Part shown: positions 13,040-25,745 of the stretch, piece by piece
Layout: the number at the start of each line of letters is the position of its first letter
Numbering within the stretch: position 1 is the stretch's first letter
Origin: Marsupella aquatica
Taxonomy: Eukaryota; Plantae; Marchantiophyta
Reading direction: 5' to 3'
DNA: 64,000 bases
NCBI GenBank assembly: GCA_973895155.1
Contig: OZ316891.1
Location: 10,045,875-10,109,874 of the forward strand
Notes under the pieces: generated by a model
Seen by the model: the letters and a program-made list of their open reading frames with translations, nothing else
Databases searched by the model: none
What the model was told of the DNA's origin: nothing
Program-made: the position numbers and the translations under genes

Positions 13040-14570
13040 GCCTAGGCAAAAAACTGGCTAATAGAAGCAAAACACCTACCAAATTTCTGCCAAAAGTGGC
13101 TAACACTTTTTTGAGAGGTCTAATCTCGCAAATTCTTGCCACAAAAACCCTCACTCTTGAAGGTTCCTCAAGGAGTTGTCTCACATGGCAGACCATGTGC
13201 AGGAGGTCAGCTTTTTCCTAAGGGTTTTTCTTGTTTGCCGAGGTGGCAAATGTCACCTTGTCTGAAGGAGAAGCGGGAGGAGAAGATGCAGGAAATATTC
13301 CTTGTCAAGTTTTGTTAAATTAATCTTTGACTGTTACATCTCCTTGGATTTAAGGATAACCATTAGGTTCTGGCTAATGAGGTAGGTGGTTAGGTGAGAA
13401 ATTGAGATATATGCTTGATGGGCCCCCGGGTGAACCTTTCTTACCTGATGGGCCCCTAGGGAACTTTTTTTACCAAGTGGGACCCCTCTTAATGACCAGT
13501 ACACATGTTCTTGTGTGGTGCCTACACCTGTCCTTGTGTGGTGCCTACTATGTATGGTGACTCCAAGCAAACTGCACAGTTGAACCGTGCGGTCAACCTT
13601 GCATGGTCGACCGAGAAACCACGGAGATGATTTGGGAGAAACCGCGAAAAGCGATTGCCGTTGCCGAATCTGCGATTTGAAGACAATATGCATTATGTCT
13701 TCGGATTCACTGGGTTAATGTCTGAAGACACAATGAATTATGTCTTCGGGTTCAAATTTTTACCGTATTGTGGGGTAGTTATTAGGTATGTTTTTCACGT
13801 TGCACACATGGGTTTTTCACGATGTTTTCATGCACGACTGTCAGCGTTAGTGTGGGGTACCTCCAAATGTCCACAAAGAATATTCAAGTTCAATGTTCGG
13901 AATTTGCCTACTGCCGCCACAACAAAAATTGGCAAATGATTGACAAATGCGCTCAAAAAATGGTAATACTCCCCTATGTAATGCATACAAACAAAGGTGT
14001 GTACAAGAAGACAGACCCAAAGGTGTCGGGTACACCCTAAACCCTAAACCTTGAAACACGGGAAGACATAATCCATTGACTCTTCAGGCATTAACCCATT
14101 GAATCCAAAGACATAATGCATATTGTCTTCAAATCATAGTTTCGACAGCGGCAGTCACTTTTCGCGGTTTCTCCCGAATCATCTCCGTGGTTTCTTGGTC
14201 GACCATGCAAGGTTGACTGCACGGTTCAACTGTGCAGTTTGCTTGGAGTCACCATACATAGTAGGCACCACACAAGGACAGGTGTAGGCACCACACAAGA
14301 ACAGGTGTACTGGTCATTAAGAGGGGTCCTACTTGGTAAAAAAAGTTCCCTAGGGGCCCATTAGGTAAGAAAGGTTCACCAGGGGACCCATCAAGCATAT
14401 ATCTCGTGAGAAATTGGCTTATGGAAGATAAATACATAACAAATTTCTGCCAAGGTGGCAAAGACATTTTTGAGAGGTGGAATCTAGCAAATTTTGGCCG
14501 CAAAGAAGCTGGTGAAGGTTCCTCAAGCGGTCTTCTCACATGACACTCCATGAGAAGACGCTTCCAGCAT
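13040..14570 (+). repeat. Dispersed ~360-bp repeat family, interrupted here by the MULE
   Basis: Motifs GAAGGTTCCTCAAG..TCTCACATG, GGCAAATGTCACCTTG..TGAAGGAGAAG and GAGAGGTGGAATCTAGCA recur at ~10020-10160, 13040-13403/14416-14570, 33410-33560, 33795-34130 and 49085-49310. Class unknown. Confidence 0.6.
13404..14405. mobile_element. Non-autonomous Mutator-like element (MULE) with long TIRs
   Basis: ~345-bp highly similar TIRs (13404-13747 / 14062-14405) beginning GAGATATATGCTTGATGGG. Perfect 10-bp TSD GTGAGAAATT at 13394-13403 and 14406-14415. Confidence 0.92.
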
Positions 14571-16235
14571 CTTCTCAGTGGCAAATTCTCACTAATTCTG
14601 ACCTAATAATATTTTTGCACTTTGACAAAAAACAATTAAATGCTAAATTTTCAATGTCTCTAGAATTGGACTTCAATCTGGCACCAACTTGCCACCACTC
14701 TTGAGGGGTGAGGGCGTGAAGTCGCCACTTCCAACAAACAGGACTATAACACTGACTCGAGCCACGTAAGTTTTGTAGCAACAACACTGACCAGAATCAT
14801 GACAATTCCTAAGCAAAGGTCATGGGAAGGGGCCGGGCTCAAGGTGGACAGTCCTGACCCCCAGACGGACTTTGAGTTCTGAGAGCTTGAGTGAGAGCTC
14901 CTCTTGGGCCCAAGACTAACGAAGTTTACTTTGTGTGCAATGGACGTTTGGCGCATGAGTTACGACACAACCCAAGTGACGATGGGTTTGAGGGCCTAGG
15001 CATGAGCACTGGGTCGCCCTGATCACAATGGGCTAAGGCACTCTGCCCCGCACGCTACCTACAGACGCCTAGCTAGAAAGTTAGTTGCATGCCCATGCGT
15101 GCGGGTTGGGGTCCAAGTAAGGGGGCCAAATTTGGGGACCAAAGTAAGTCCGGGGGTGGCAGGTCTCTAGAAGCATATATGAGGGAGTGGTGTCTCCCTG
15201 GGGGCCAAGGGCGAGCCCAAGTTGTGAGCCATGGCGGTTGCGATACCACGGGGAGATGCCAAATGGAAACGACAATAACTTCCCACCAGAAAGTCTGTTC
15301 GAGAACTTCTTGAGTGCGTTGGAAATCTCTCAACCTGGAAAACTACATCCTCTTGAGTTCAACTGGGCCTTGGGGTGCTATGGATTCTCAGGGTTTGCGG
15401 GGGCTATCTCTCTCGCTTGCCAAATCTTGTCGAAACAACCACCAAGCCGCGTTCAATTCCCATGGGAGCTTGCGTTGGGGAGGCAAGGCCAAGTAGGCAT
15501 GGAGGTTGAATTCCAAGTGCACTAGGCCCCTAGGCTATCAGCTGAGTGAGAACTGTGATTGGTTGCTAGAGTCAGGACCATTCTGGTCCCAGCGTTTTAG
15601 GACAAGCTTTTGGACAAGTTATACTATTTGGGTCATGAACATATCCGGGGGGGGCAGGGCGGTCAGCCAGCAATGGATAGGTACATGGGTGAGCAAGGGC
15701 TGCACCCAAAGAGGGACTATTCTAGATGAACAGCGGGTGTCGGTTCTAGCTCCGGCGGCTTATGGCAAGGCCATGCGGGCCAGGGAGGACCTATTTGCTG
15801 ACCTACTTATTAATGTCTATTAAGCTTGGGTAGGATGCTAGGCTTGGAATGCCTAGATCCTTGGGTTACTTACTAGAGTGTTTAGTTGTTTGTGCAGACA
15901 ATGAGGACCATTGAGCGAAGGATGTGTTAGGGAGCAAATGCGGCTTCGTATGGGAGTGGCCATCGAGGGTGCAAGAGACATCAAGTTTCTTTCTCAAGGA
16001 GTTCCGTGGAGACATTTGGGCACCAAGGGCTTAGGCGTGGGTGCTGGGATTGGTGAGGGCGCTAGGTGGCTAGGTCCACCACTACTACACACAGGCATTG
16101 GGCTTGTAAATAAATCAAAATTGAAATAAGTTTTTGCATAAAGTTGTAGGTAGTGTTTGTCAAACTTGGGAAATTTTTTACAGACAGTGCATATTAAGTA
16201 AAGGTACGTCTAAGTATTTATGTAAAATATTGATT

Positions 16236-16578
16236 TGTTGAGAAAATACAACATTAACGATAGCAAACCCATGATCATCCAATGCACAAGTAGTTGATAC
16301 AGAGAATAAACATGGTTCACCTCAACTGAGACTATGTCCACAAAAACACACAAGAGCTTTATTGTACTCTAGGTTCATTGCCCATACCATATCTTGCAAT
16401 ACAGGTTCTCGGTATCTCTCAACTGGTTCCATAACAATGAACGTGAGTTCCTCCTATCCAAGCAAACATTGTTTGGGATATAATGTACAACATGACTAAC
16501 CTAACCAAATCTGTGACTAAGGTTATCCCTAACTATGGTTATAATCGTAACTATAGACCTAAGAGTAAATTCCTAACC
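16236..16578 (-). mobile_element. Solo LTR (copia-like), copy 1
   Basis: TGTTGAG...CTAACC (terminal CA mutated), perfect 5-bp TSD TGATT (16231-35, 16579-83). Homologous to 41321 and 50514. Confidence 0.85.
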
Positions 16579-18129
16579 TGATTTATTAGAGTACATAACT
16601 TTTAAAGAAAGAAAATTAAATTTGGAGAAATTATTTATGGCATTCTTGCATAAATAATTGGAAGGAAAACATATTATCTCTTTGTGCAGGGCATGATTGT
16701 GCAAACCTGATTGTTGCTAAGGTATTGCACTCTAGAACCATCTTTCCCAACTTCTATTTCAAACATGACTGACTTCCAGTGATTGGGCGCATTTGCTTTT
16801 GGAGGTAAAGGTTCCAGTCTCATCTTTTTCAAACAAAATATATGTAGGCCATTTTTCCTCAATTTGGGAAAGGAGTGTTACAGGCAGCATTTTTCTCACT
16901 CAGCTGATAGCCTAGGGAGCCATGTAGGATTGTCTCAGCAAAACACTCAATCCTACATGGCTCCCAGATCCTTTCCCAGTGAGAAAGGAGTGCAAGTGGC
17001 AGGCAGTCCAGCTGGCAAGTTGCAAATTGGTGTGGTAAGGTTTGGTGGCCAGCTACCCAATTTGAAGGGAAGTGGATTTGACTAGGTCTCTCTTGCCCCC
17101 CTGCCATATTTGGCGTTGCTGAAAGGATGTGATTTTTCACTATTTTATTATTTGTACATAAGATAATTTAGCAAAACTTCACCAGCGTTTATCAGAGGTA
17201 AGACTTACTTAGGCATGCATGTGAGCCATTTGTTGTCCCTTAACCCGTTAGATCTTCCAACCAACCCTCTCAGCTTGACTGGGATTTGGTGAATGATGGG
17301 GAGCTTGTGGTTTTCCTTTGTATTTGCTGGCCAAAGCATTTTCCAGGTCAGATTAGGCAAAAGTTTGTCTACAAAAAGCTGGTTATCTAACACTTTCCAA
17401 GATGGACAATTATGCATCTGTTGTTGTCTGGGTTGAGCATCACTACCACAAATAATTTTACTTGCCCGCTAAATTCGTGTGATATCCATAATTATCAGTT
17501 CTATTTTGTATGAGTTGAGCATCATTGCTACAATGATTTAGTCTGCCCAATAAATTAGTGTGATCTATTTGGTAACAGTGTTTGTCTCCATCAAAGCAAA
17601 CACCAGGAGATGAATCCATCCCCAGTCACCATTGTTACTGCCCAAAGCTTGCAGCACAGGGGGAATCCGGTACGCAGGGGACACTTGAGGAGACACTTCC
17701 CCATTAGAAATGCACCTGAATCAAACTGCCTAAGAGCCACGGTTGAGGAGAGAGTGTGATTTGTGATAGAATATCAACACACATAGAAATGTCAGGAAAC
17801 AGTTAGGATGTCTACTTGGTATTAAACCCTTAATTCCCATGGTAGTGCTTTGGCCAGAGAAATCAACCCTTTAACTTTGGTAATCCCTGGGAGCCATGTA
17901 GGATTGAGTGTTTTGCTGAGACGTCTGCTGCCTCCATTCTCGTGAAGCCCACACTGGCCAGTTGCTTCCTATGAGACTTGGCTAGGATGATATGAGGATG
18001 TGAACATAGTTGAAGTGGACATCCGGGGCAGGTGAATGGGGTACAGTATGTGAAATAAATACTGTGGGTTAACCGGAGTAAGTTCTACTGGAGCTTGTAT
18101 TTTAGGTCACGAGGTTAGGTTTGGGTCCC

Positions 18130-18254
18130 GGTAATTATACATCAAAATATGACATATGGTGTACGACATCACTCCAGACCATGATTAACCTCATTATTTT
18201 CTTTAAATTAGTGAGTTCACACCCTATATTACCACATTTTGATGTGTGATTGAC
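18130..18254. mobile_element. ~125-bp MITE family, copy 2
   Basis: TIRs GGTAATTATACATCAAAATATG ... CACATTTTGATGTGTGATTGAC. Confidence 0.7.
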
Positions 18255-20810
18255 GGCAGGGTTGGGTGTGAGGGATCCATGCATGAACAGTTACTCCCAT
18301 TGTTCATGTCAAAATGGCCATGACAAATGTAATACTGCATGTCACGAGGTATAAACAATACAAGAATCTATCCAACTTTTGTGCCAACGACATATCAAAA
18401 ACAACATTCTCTTGCCATATTAAACTCCCCGATTAAACTAATATTGAATCATGTATTGAAGTTACCATAAGAGTTTGTTTCCATCTATAATCTCAAACTT
18501 AGAATCTTTAATAATAGAGGGAGAACAAAAGTACTCAAACAAATGGGGAGACAAGTTGGGAGACAGGGTCCCAAAGTGGATCCAATTTTTGAGTTTCACG
18601 AAGAGCAGAAAAACAACCTATTTGTGTGGGGACGGGGCAAAGATATAATCTATATTGAGATAGAGCAAAAGCTGTGCAGTGGTGATAGGTCTAGGAGCAA
18701 AAGGTGTTGTTTTGAGTTTCATGATTTTGAGTGATGATTTAGTCTATGAGCAAAAGGTGAGCAGTGAGTGGTGATTGGGTCACTCGCCCAACTTTTGAGT
18801 TTCATGAGGAATAATCAAAAGGGGGAAGATATTCGTGAGGTTTGACAGATAGCAAAGGGGCTTTGAAAAGAGTCTTGCAGCGCTGTCTTGCTTGACTGTG
18901 GATCTTTCTCCACGTGGACTCGCTGTCAACCTTGCATTCTACTAAGTGCTCAATCACTCTGCTCAAGACACGTCTAGGTGCCTAATGATGAATTTCCAGT
19001 CCCCTTTTGATGCAGGTGAGACCTGGGAAACTGGATAGGCCAACTTCTCCATGGCCCACAATGACCTTTTGGGTTAAAATTCCCAAAGCCAGATTCTGGA
19101 CGAGCCTTCTTTGGACAACTAGTTTATAGCTGCCCATTCTGGCTTGATGCCACTCACTTTGGGAGTATGTATGTCTTCACATTCCCAAATGCTACCTATG
19201 GTGCACAGATCCACAAAAATGCCCCATCTCACCATCTGCTTGACACTACATTAGTTATCCCAACAGGCACAGCCCATCAGGAGCAGTCTTCATTGTGGCA
19301 AGTGAGTTTTGAGGTTCAAAAGACATACATAGACTAGCTCTTGCACAATCCCCCATCTCAAAGTGGGGTTCACAAAAGTCCAGTCACACATGTTTTTGTT
19401 TTGTTTTTGCCTTGAGTACCGAAAGCTGACCCATCCAACAGATAGTTTTTATATATGAGACCTGGGAACAGGTAGAGTTTTGTGGCCAATCTGGATGAGC
19501 CAACTTCTCCATGGCCCACTATGACCTTTTGGTCTGACTAATAATCCCAGAGCCAGCCAGTCAACTTGCACATATCTTGGATGCAGGGCTTGGAGGTTGA
19601 TGGAATGATGTTGGCCAACGAATTTAAGGAGTGGCCCCTCCACTCCCTTCCTTTCAAACTGTTGTTTGCTATCTACAGTACCTTCACTTACGGGGATTTG
19701 AGGTTTCCTTTTTACTGGGTTGCCAACTTGTTTGGTCAAATGTTCCTTAAATCTTTCTTGGTCAAATATCATCACCACTTTCCACCTTAATTTTCTATAT
19801 TAGTTAGTACAATACCACATTCTTATTAGTCATAGGTTGAGCAGAAAGTCCTATGGCCTTAGGACTTCCACATTCAAGAATCTGACAGCTCCCATCACCC
19901 TCAGGCCTCAGAGCATGGGCGCAGGAATGGGGGAGCCAATCATGAGGGTGAATGAGGGCACTCTGGAAATTGGGAGACAAGGGTGGGGGCAGAACCCTGC
20001 TCTAGAAGGGCAATAGTGGGGGTGTGTGGATCTGACCTGAGGGCATTGGAAATCAACAGAGTATTGAATGTGAAAAATCTCTCATACGACTTCATTGTCA
20101 AAACTTACAGTCGCATGTATATATTCTATATGGACCATTAGATAATGTATGATAAAACATGAACCATCAGATCTTGGCAAAGTTGCTAATTCTATTCTCT
20201 AGAATGGGGAAAGTAGCAAAAACTGAAAAAAGTTCTCTTTGTACCCTTGGAGAGACTCCCAAAGGCTGCTGCTTTGTCAAACATTCAACAATGAAATTTC
20301 ACTATTCTGGGCCCTCTCCTACATGCCCTGGGGCTGGTTTTGCTATATGTCCACAATGTGCACACCTTGCTATTGAGGTAGATAAGACAGGGTGTCTCAA
20401 CAAAAATACGTGCTTTTTTTCTTGAGTGGAAATCCCTATGGCATAGAATGCCAGGGCCTTGTGTTTAAAGGCAGAGCTTTATGTGGAGGGAAGGGCCTGG
20501 AGTTTAATTCAATTTGTAATGTCTCGGACACAAGCCCCTGTTTGATCTTTGTAAGAATAGTGACTTACTCTTCAAAACTCAAGTAGAAGATCCAGGGCTT
20601 TCTATTTGAATAGAGATCCACAGGGTTTGAATACAAGGCTCTGGCCCTGATTTTGGTGGGAAGATCGTACCTCCTAGTCACCATGCTTGTGAGTGACTAC
20701 GAGGTACAGGGATTCCTTCCAACTCATAAATATGCACCTGTATATGGGCTAATAACTTAGAGATAAAAGCTTTGGAAGACTTTGTTGGGTCATCCTCTAC
20801 TTGGGGCGTC

Positions 20811-20934
20811 GGTAACTGCACATCAAAACATGACATATACTATGTAAGGCACCCCTGCACGCACGCATACAGTGATAATCCTACTCTTTTTTTTTCAATC
20901 AATGAATGTAGCCACATTTTGATGTGTGATTACC
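20811..20934. mobile_element. ~125-bp MITE family, copy 3
   Basis: TIRs GGTAACTGCACATCAAAACATG ... CACATTTTGATGTGTGATTACC. Confidence 0.7.
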
Positions 20935-21519
20935 AGCAGGGCTATACTTCTGCCCAACGTGCCAGGGCTGGATGAAAATGGGAATTACAGGACTGTACCT
21001 TTTTGCTGCCCTCTGGGAAAAAAAGCACCACGGTGCTTTACCGAGCAAGAAGCAACTTGGGCGGTACTGTACTTTATGACCCAGGTGGACAGCTAAACAT
21101 TTGGCTAGAACCTTCAGAATCTAAATCATCTTTTTGCTTACTAAGCAAAGGAAAACAATATGACGGTACGTCCGCATAGAGTGTTTGAGCATCTGGGACC
21201 GTTACTGGAAAGCCTTACTTTAAGCGGCTGTTGACCAAACCCACTAACTAAAATGCGTAAAGTGATGTCCAATCCATTCACTCTAAGAATTTTTAAGGAT
21301 TTAGTTTGTTTGTTCTTGACCGGAGATTAGAAGACATGTACGAGTTTGACTTTCTAGTGCGTTTTCAAGCTTTCAATGTATGGCGGTGTGAAGCTAATTT
21401 GAGGGGTCGTTGAGGGGTTTCAGATTTTAATCCAAGGTGGTGTGAAGCTGATTCTTGTGGGGAGTAAAAAAATTATCCAATAAAGAGTTGGGTTGAGTTT
21501 CATTTGACCATGAGTGATA

Positions 21520-22068
21520 GGAGGACTTTACAAGACTTTGGGGGCACTTGGGAGTTTCTTCACCAAAGCAAACTGGAGGATCATTGCACACACTAAATAT
21601 AGTGTGCGGGGGCTAAGAACATTTTTTGAATCCTTTTATTGCCCCCAAGGTCTTGTAAAGCCAAGTGCAGCCTGCCAGATTAATTGACTAAAAGACAGAC
21701 TGAAGACCCACTCCACCTGAGTGTCATGTAATCTTTGGATAAAGTCTTTGTAAATGTGATAAGAGAATATCTTATGAAGAACTTATGAGTCCTTTTTTAA
21801 TGCAAAAGACTTAAAATAGAAATGGACCAAGCGGTCAGAAGAAGAGACCACCTCTCGGTGGTCTAAAATCTAGGACAAAAGAATGCTCCACATAAGCAAA
21901 ATTTGGGCCCCACTGCATTTCATGTAGGATTGGTAATAGGTTGGGTTGAAATTGCCCCCAATGTTTTGTAAAGTGAACAACAGTGGTTTCTCACAAATGG
22001 ATGGCTATGATCAGATCTTGGAGACAAAAAATGGTGGAAACTGCCCCCAACATCTTGTAAAGCCACCC
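21520..22068. mobile_element. PIF/Harbinger(Tourist)-like MITE
   Basis: TIRs GGAGGACTTTACAAGACTTTGGGGGCA / TGCCCCCAACATCTTGTAAAGCCACCC, with internal copies of GCCCCCAA..T(C/T)TTGTAAAG at ~21640 and ~21955. Flanks ATA/TTA. Confidence 0.6.
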
Positions 22069-23006
22069 TTACTTACAATAGAGTAAACTAAAACAAAGGT
22101 GTTGTCAGATTGGGTTACTCCACATATTATCCAAACCCATTAATCTTTGGAGATGGATGGTCTAAGAGCAACCGCCACACTACACAGTCAATCTATTCGA
22201 GTGCAAACGGTGGGCCTGTAGCTATTGTAGACTGCCTGTACCTTTTTTTTTTGGTAGACTGCCTGTACCTATGATTGACAACTAAGGCTCTACTAATGAT
22301 ATCAACAATAGGAAGGTGAAGTGGTGATTCTCAATCATATGACTTGAAATTTTATTCTCCTTTCAGAATCGAAATCATATTTTTCTGAATAAGTAAAGGC
22401 AAACAAACATAACACGACATCAACATATCGCCTTGGAGCTACAGCCCGCTGCCTATTCATTCTCAATTGCCTTCTGGAGCAAAAGGTGGACCTAGCTCTT
22501 GTAAAGTACCCATGCCCTAGATATATATCACATTGCCCAAAAACAAAGGGCGCCAAATCTGGCAACAAGATCCCAACGGTAGTAAATCCAATAAAGGGAA
22601 GAAAAGCCCAAGAAGGTCAAAGAGCCAAAAAGTAGTCCTACGCAATGGAAAAGGAACAAAATCATGCTTACTCCTCCACGGAAGGCCGAGCAGGCAAGAA
22701 TAGTACAAAGGAGAGTAAAGTCACCAGAAGTTGTAGAGTGTGACCCATGAAATCCAAGAAACAGGGAACTTTGGGCCCAAAGTGACTATAAGTTGTGGGC
22801 CCAAAGTCCAAGACATCAGCGGAACTGTCGAGCATGAGACCTGGATCCACCACATTTCACCAATAATAGCAATTTTTCCTGAAATAGTGAACATTGGAGT
22901 TGAGGAAGGGAGGAAGGGAGTGACTTGAATGTGCAACTCCCCTTATATAAGGCCACTGGCAATTTGAGAAACCTTCACAACCACAATGCTATTACACTAT
23001 GTACAA

Positions 23007-23320
23007 TGTTAGGCATTTACTGGTAGGATTTAGTTTTACTTTCTTAATGGAAAAATCTGTGAAACCCCACAGAAAGGGAGGCAACAGAAGCCAATTACAA
23101 CATTTGAACCCAAGACCTATGAGTCCCTACTCAAGTGGCTACAACTCAGCCATCCCTCCTTGGGTACTCTTAGTTTTAGAGTTACTATGTAACCATATTT
23201 AGTCTAACTATAGTCAAGTACTTGGTAAAGGTTAGATGTCCCACTACTATATTCACTCGAAAGAAATACTTTAGTCAATGAATGGAACGTAGGCTTATTG
23301 TTATTAGTTTAGGGTCAGCC
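23007..23320 (+). mobile_element. Truncated, diverged LTR of the solo-LTR family, interrupted by a SINE
   Basis: Starts TGTTAGGCATTTACT like 50514 (TGTTAGATATTTACTCTTAG) and continues after the SINE with TTAGTCTAACTATAG. A similar fragment lies at ~34168-34340. Confidence 0.5.
23039..23169 (-). mobile_element. tRNA-derived SINE, copy 1
   Basis: Minus strand has A-box-like TGGCTGAGTTG, B-box-like GGTTCAAAT and an A-rich tail. 9-bp TSD TTAGTTTTA (23030-38, 23170-78). Homologous to 33645-33775. Confidence 0.7.
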
Positions 23321-25394
23321 ACTAATGATTGAAATTTGATGTGTTCATTTATTGAATGGATTGAAGTCTAGTAGTGAGACAATATGATAGTGTTTTTTTG
23401 CATGAATTGCAGGAAAAATCCTGCAAGGGCAACAGGCAATAGAAAATATGGAGGCGGTACCAATCATTTGTACTTCATGTGTCACAATATTATAGGGTTT
23501 TGGAAACTAAGTGATATTATTCTACTCCTTTGCGCACCTTATTTGTATTGTCAAAGCATCATACCACCCTCCCTACCCTCAAATAAAAATGATTGAGCGT
23601 CCCCAAAACAGCCACTGATTTCTTTGTGCATTTTGTGAAAGAGTCCAACAGGTAAAAGCATAAAAGTTATATGAGAGAATTAGTTTGAGTACCCCTTGGT
23701 TATGTAAGTTTGTTTTATTGAACTATTTGGAACCATGAAGAGTTGCACATTGGAATAGATAGATGAGAGGATGAAGATTAAATGGAGAATTCTGATTGAA
23801 GTGAATTTTAAAGGTAGTTAGGATAATATATTGAAGACAAACAGGAGTTCATTCCTGGTAATACCAAGTGTAATTCTTCTATGCATAACATTCCCTTAGT
23901 AACTTTATGTCTATACAATACATGTAACATTCAATATAGTTCATGCAATTTATTACTTTGTCCATAGTAGTTGAAAAGTCTTAGAGTCCCATGGTATTCA
24001 TCTACCCATAGTAGTTATGATATTTCTTAACTTAGTTTGCTTGTTACTCTTCTATCCATATGCCAAAGGGTTTCTTAAATTACCTTGGTAAGTGTTAGAG
24101 AAGTTGAAAAGTTTCTTGGGTTTCTTATGTTACCTTGGTTAATTTTAGAGTAGTTGAAGCATGTCTTTCTACTTGTCAAAATTTCAAAAATGTGTAAATT
24201 AAATAGAAAGTTAAAACAGATTACCAGAAAACACTGAGAGTATTTAATAATTGTTCCATTGATTTTGTTTGTATCATTTTACAAGGAGCTGGAGAAGGGA
24301 AAACTTTGGCAGCATTTAGCCAATTAAAATATCTATGGCAACAAAAGTGACTAATGTAGTGTCATGGCACAACTATTAAAATTTGAAGAAGATTATGAGC
24401 ATTTTGATGTAAGCAATGACTTTGCAATGTATGCATTATTTTCATAATTGAAAAGTAACATATATAGGAGAACATGCATTAGCTAATTGACAAGTATTAC
24501 TTTGTGTAAAGGTGTGGCCTTATCCCCCATTGTTTTTACCAGTGCCTTCTCTTAGACCACGGGCATACGTTGCACTACACATGGCTCAAGTATTTACTGT
24601 TCTGCACCGGCCAAGGTTGTGGGTTTTAGGGGCTATAGACACATCAGTGACCATCCTATGCATTTTTACTCTGGCCAGCTTTACAAGAGTGACTCTTAAG
24701 TTTATAAGTAAGTCGAGTGTTTGTTCCTTAGAGTGAGACAATTTAAGCCTCTTGATCTTTGAGGGTGTTTCCCTTGTTTTCTCTCCATTGTTGTGTCTCT
24801 TATCATTGGGTATAACCACCGTGCCAGGAAACAGGAAAAATGAAACAGCAAACAATAAACAGCAAATGGATGACAATTTTTTGAGAAATTTTTTTGGAAT
24901 TTTTTGTTGTTGGTATTGTCGGCATTTTTTTACTAGCGCCCAAAGCTAGTAATAGTAGAGCCTGACGCTAGCCAAAAATGATCATTTTAAAAAATATTTT
25001 GAAAAATTTTAATTTTAATGAGACATTTTTGGTAGTTCATTTTTGCTCATAACAGTAAAATTTTGCTCATAACAGGTAATAATTTTCTTGTTTCCTGGAA
25101 AGATGTAAAGCCTATTATCATTATGATACTTTTACCCTTTTTGTACTCTCGCAATGTGATATATTGTGTAATTGTGCCAAGTGAACCTGGTTAATGCAAT
25201 AAATAAACAATCATTAATCATATAGAGAGGAATCCTGGCAATGAAAATTATAAACATATTGTTATCGTCTTGTTGTACACACTTTTAAAACTCAAAACTA
25301 AAACTTACAGGAAAATAACATTTAGGAAATTGCAATATTTTTTAATAAAATATTAATTATATTTCACGGATGTCCTGAGAAAATCAGGGTGGCA

Positions 25395-25745
25395 CTATCA
25401 AGGATGGATGATAAATTGCTTGAGCTTGGGCATGCTGTAAGGGAACTGAAAATGCACTGACAAAGGTGCATGGTCAAGATGGATAACGGGACCCAAAGGG
25501 ACCTGTTCGTCCGTGAATTTCATGAGCAGCCTGTTAAAGAAGCCCATCAAACTGATGACGAAGACACCCAACTATCTCAATAGCAAGGGGGAGGAAGGTA
25601 TCAGATGAAACGTGAGCAACAAGTTTTGCTTCCTTTGTCATGGCGGCTAGGTATACCGTCGCCACTGCTGCCATTGTCTGAGGTCCTAGTGCAAAGGGTT
25701 TGCAACCACAACATCTGCCAAAGTACATCAACCATCATGGATCAT
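25395..25745 (-). mobile_element. 3' fragment of a restriction-like-endonuclease (CRE/R2-type) non-LTR retrotransposon
   Basis: With frameshifts and stops: DG*CTLADVVVANP...AAMTKEAKL...DTFLPLAIEIVGCLRHQFDGLL...LSILTMHLCQCISVPLQHAQAQAI, matching the RLE pattern DV.v..P / K..KY / F.P...E..G / SVALQR..A..I. Confidence 0.7.

Noticed and set aside
14035-14050. Interstitial telomere
   Set aside because: Only about two CCCTAAA units; noted under the MULE instead.
14700-16130. Cluster of GC-rich ORFs
   Set aside because: All frames are interrupted and no motif is recognisable; probably old TE sequence, cannot be classified.
23100-23169. tRNA gene (A/B-box-like motifs)
   Set aside because: No cloverleaf; the tail, TSD and second copy indicate a SINE.
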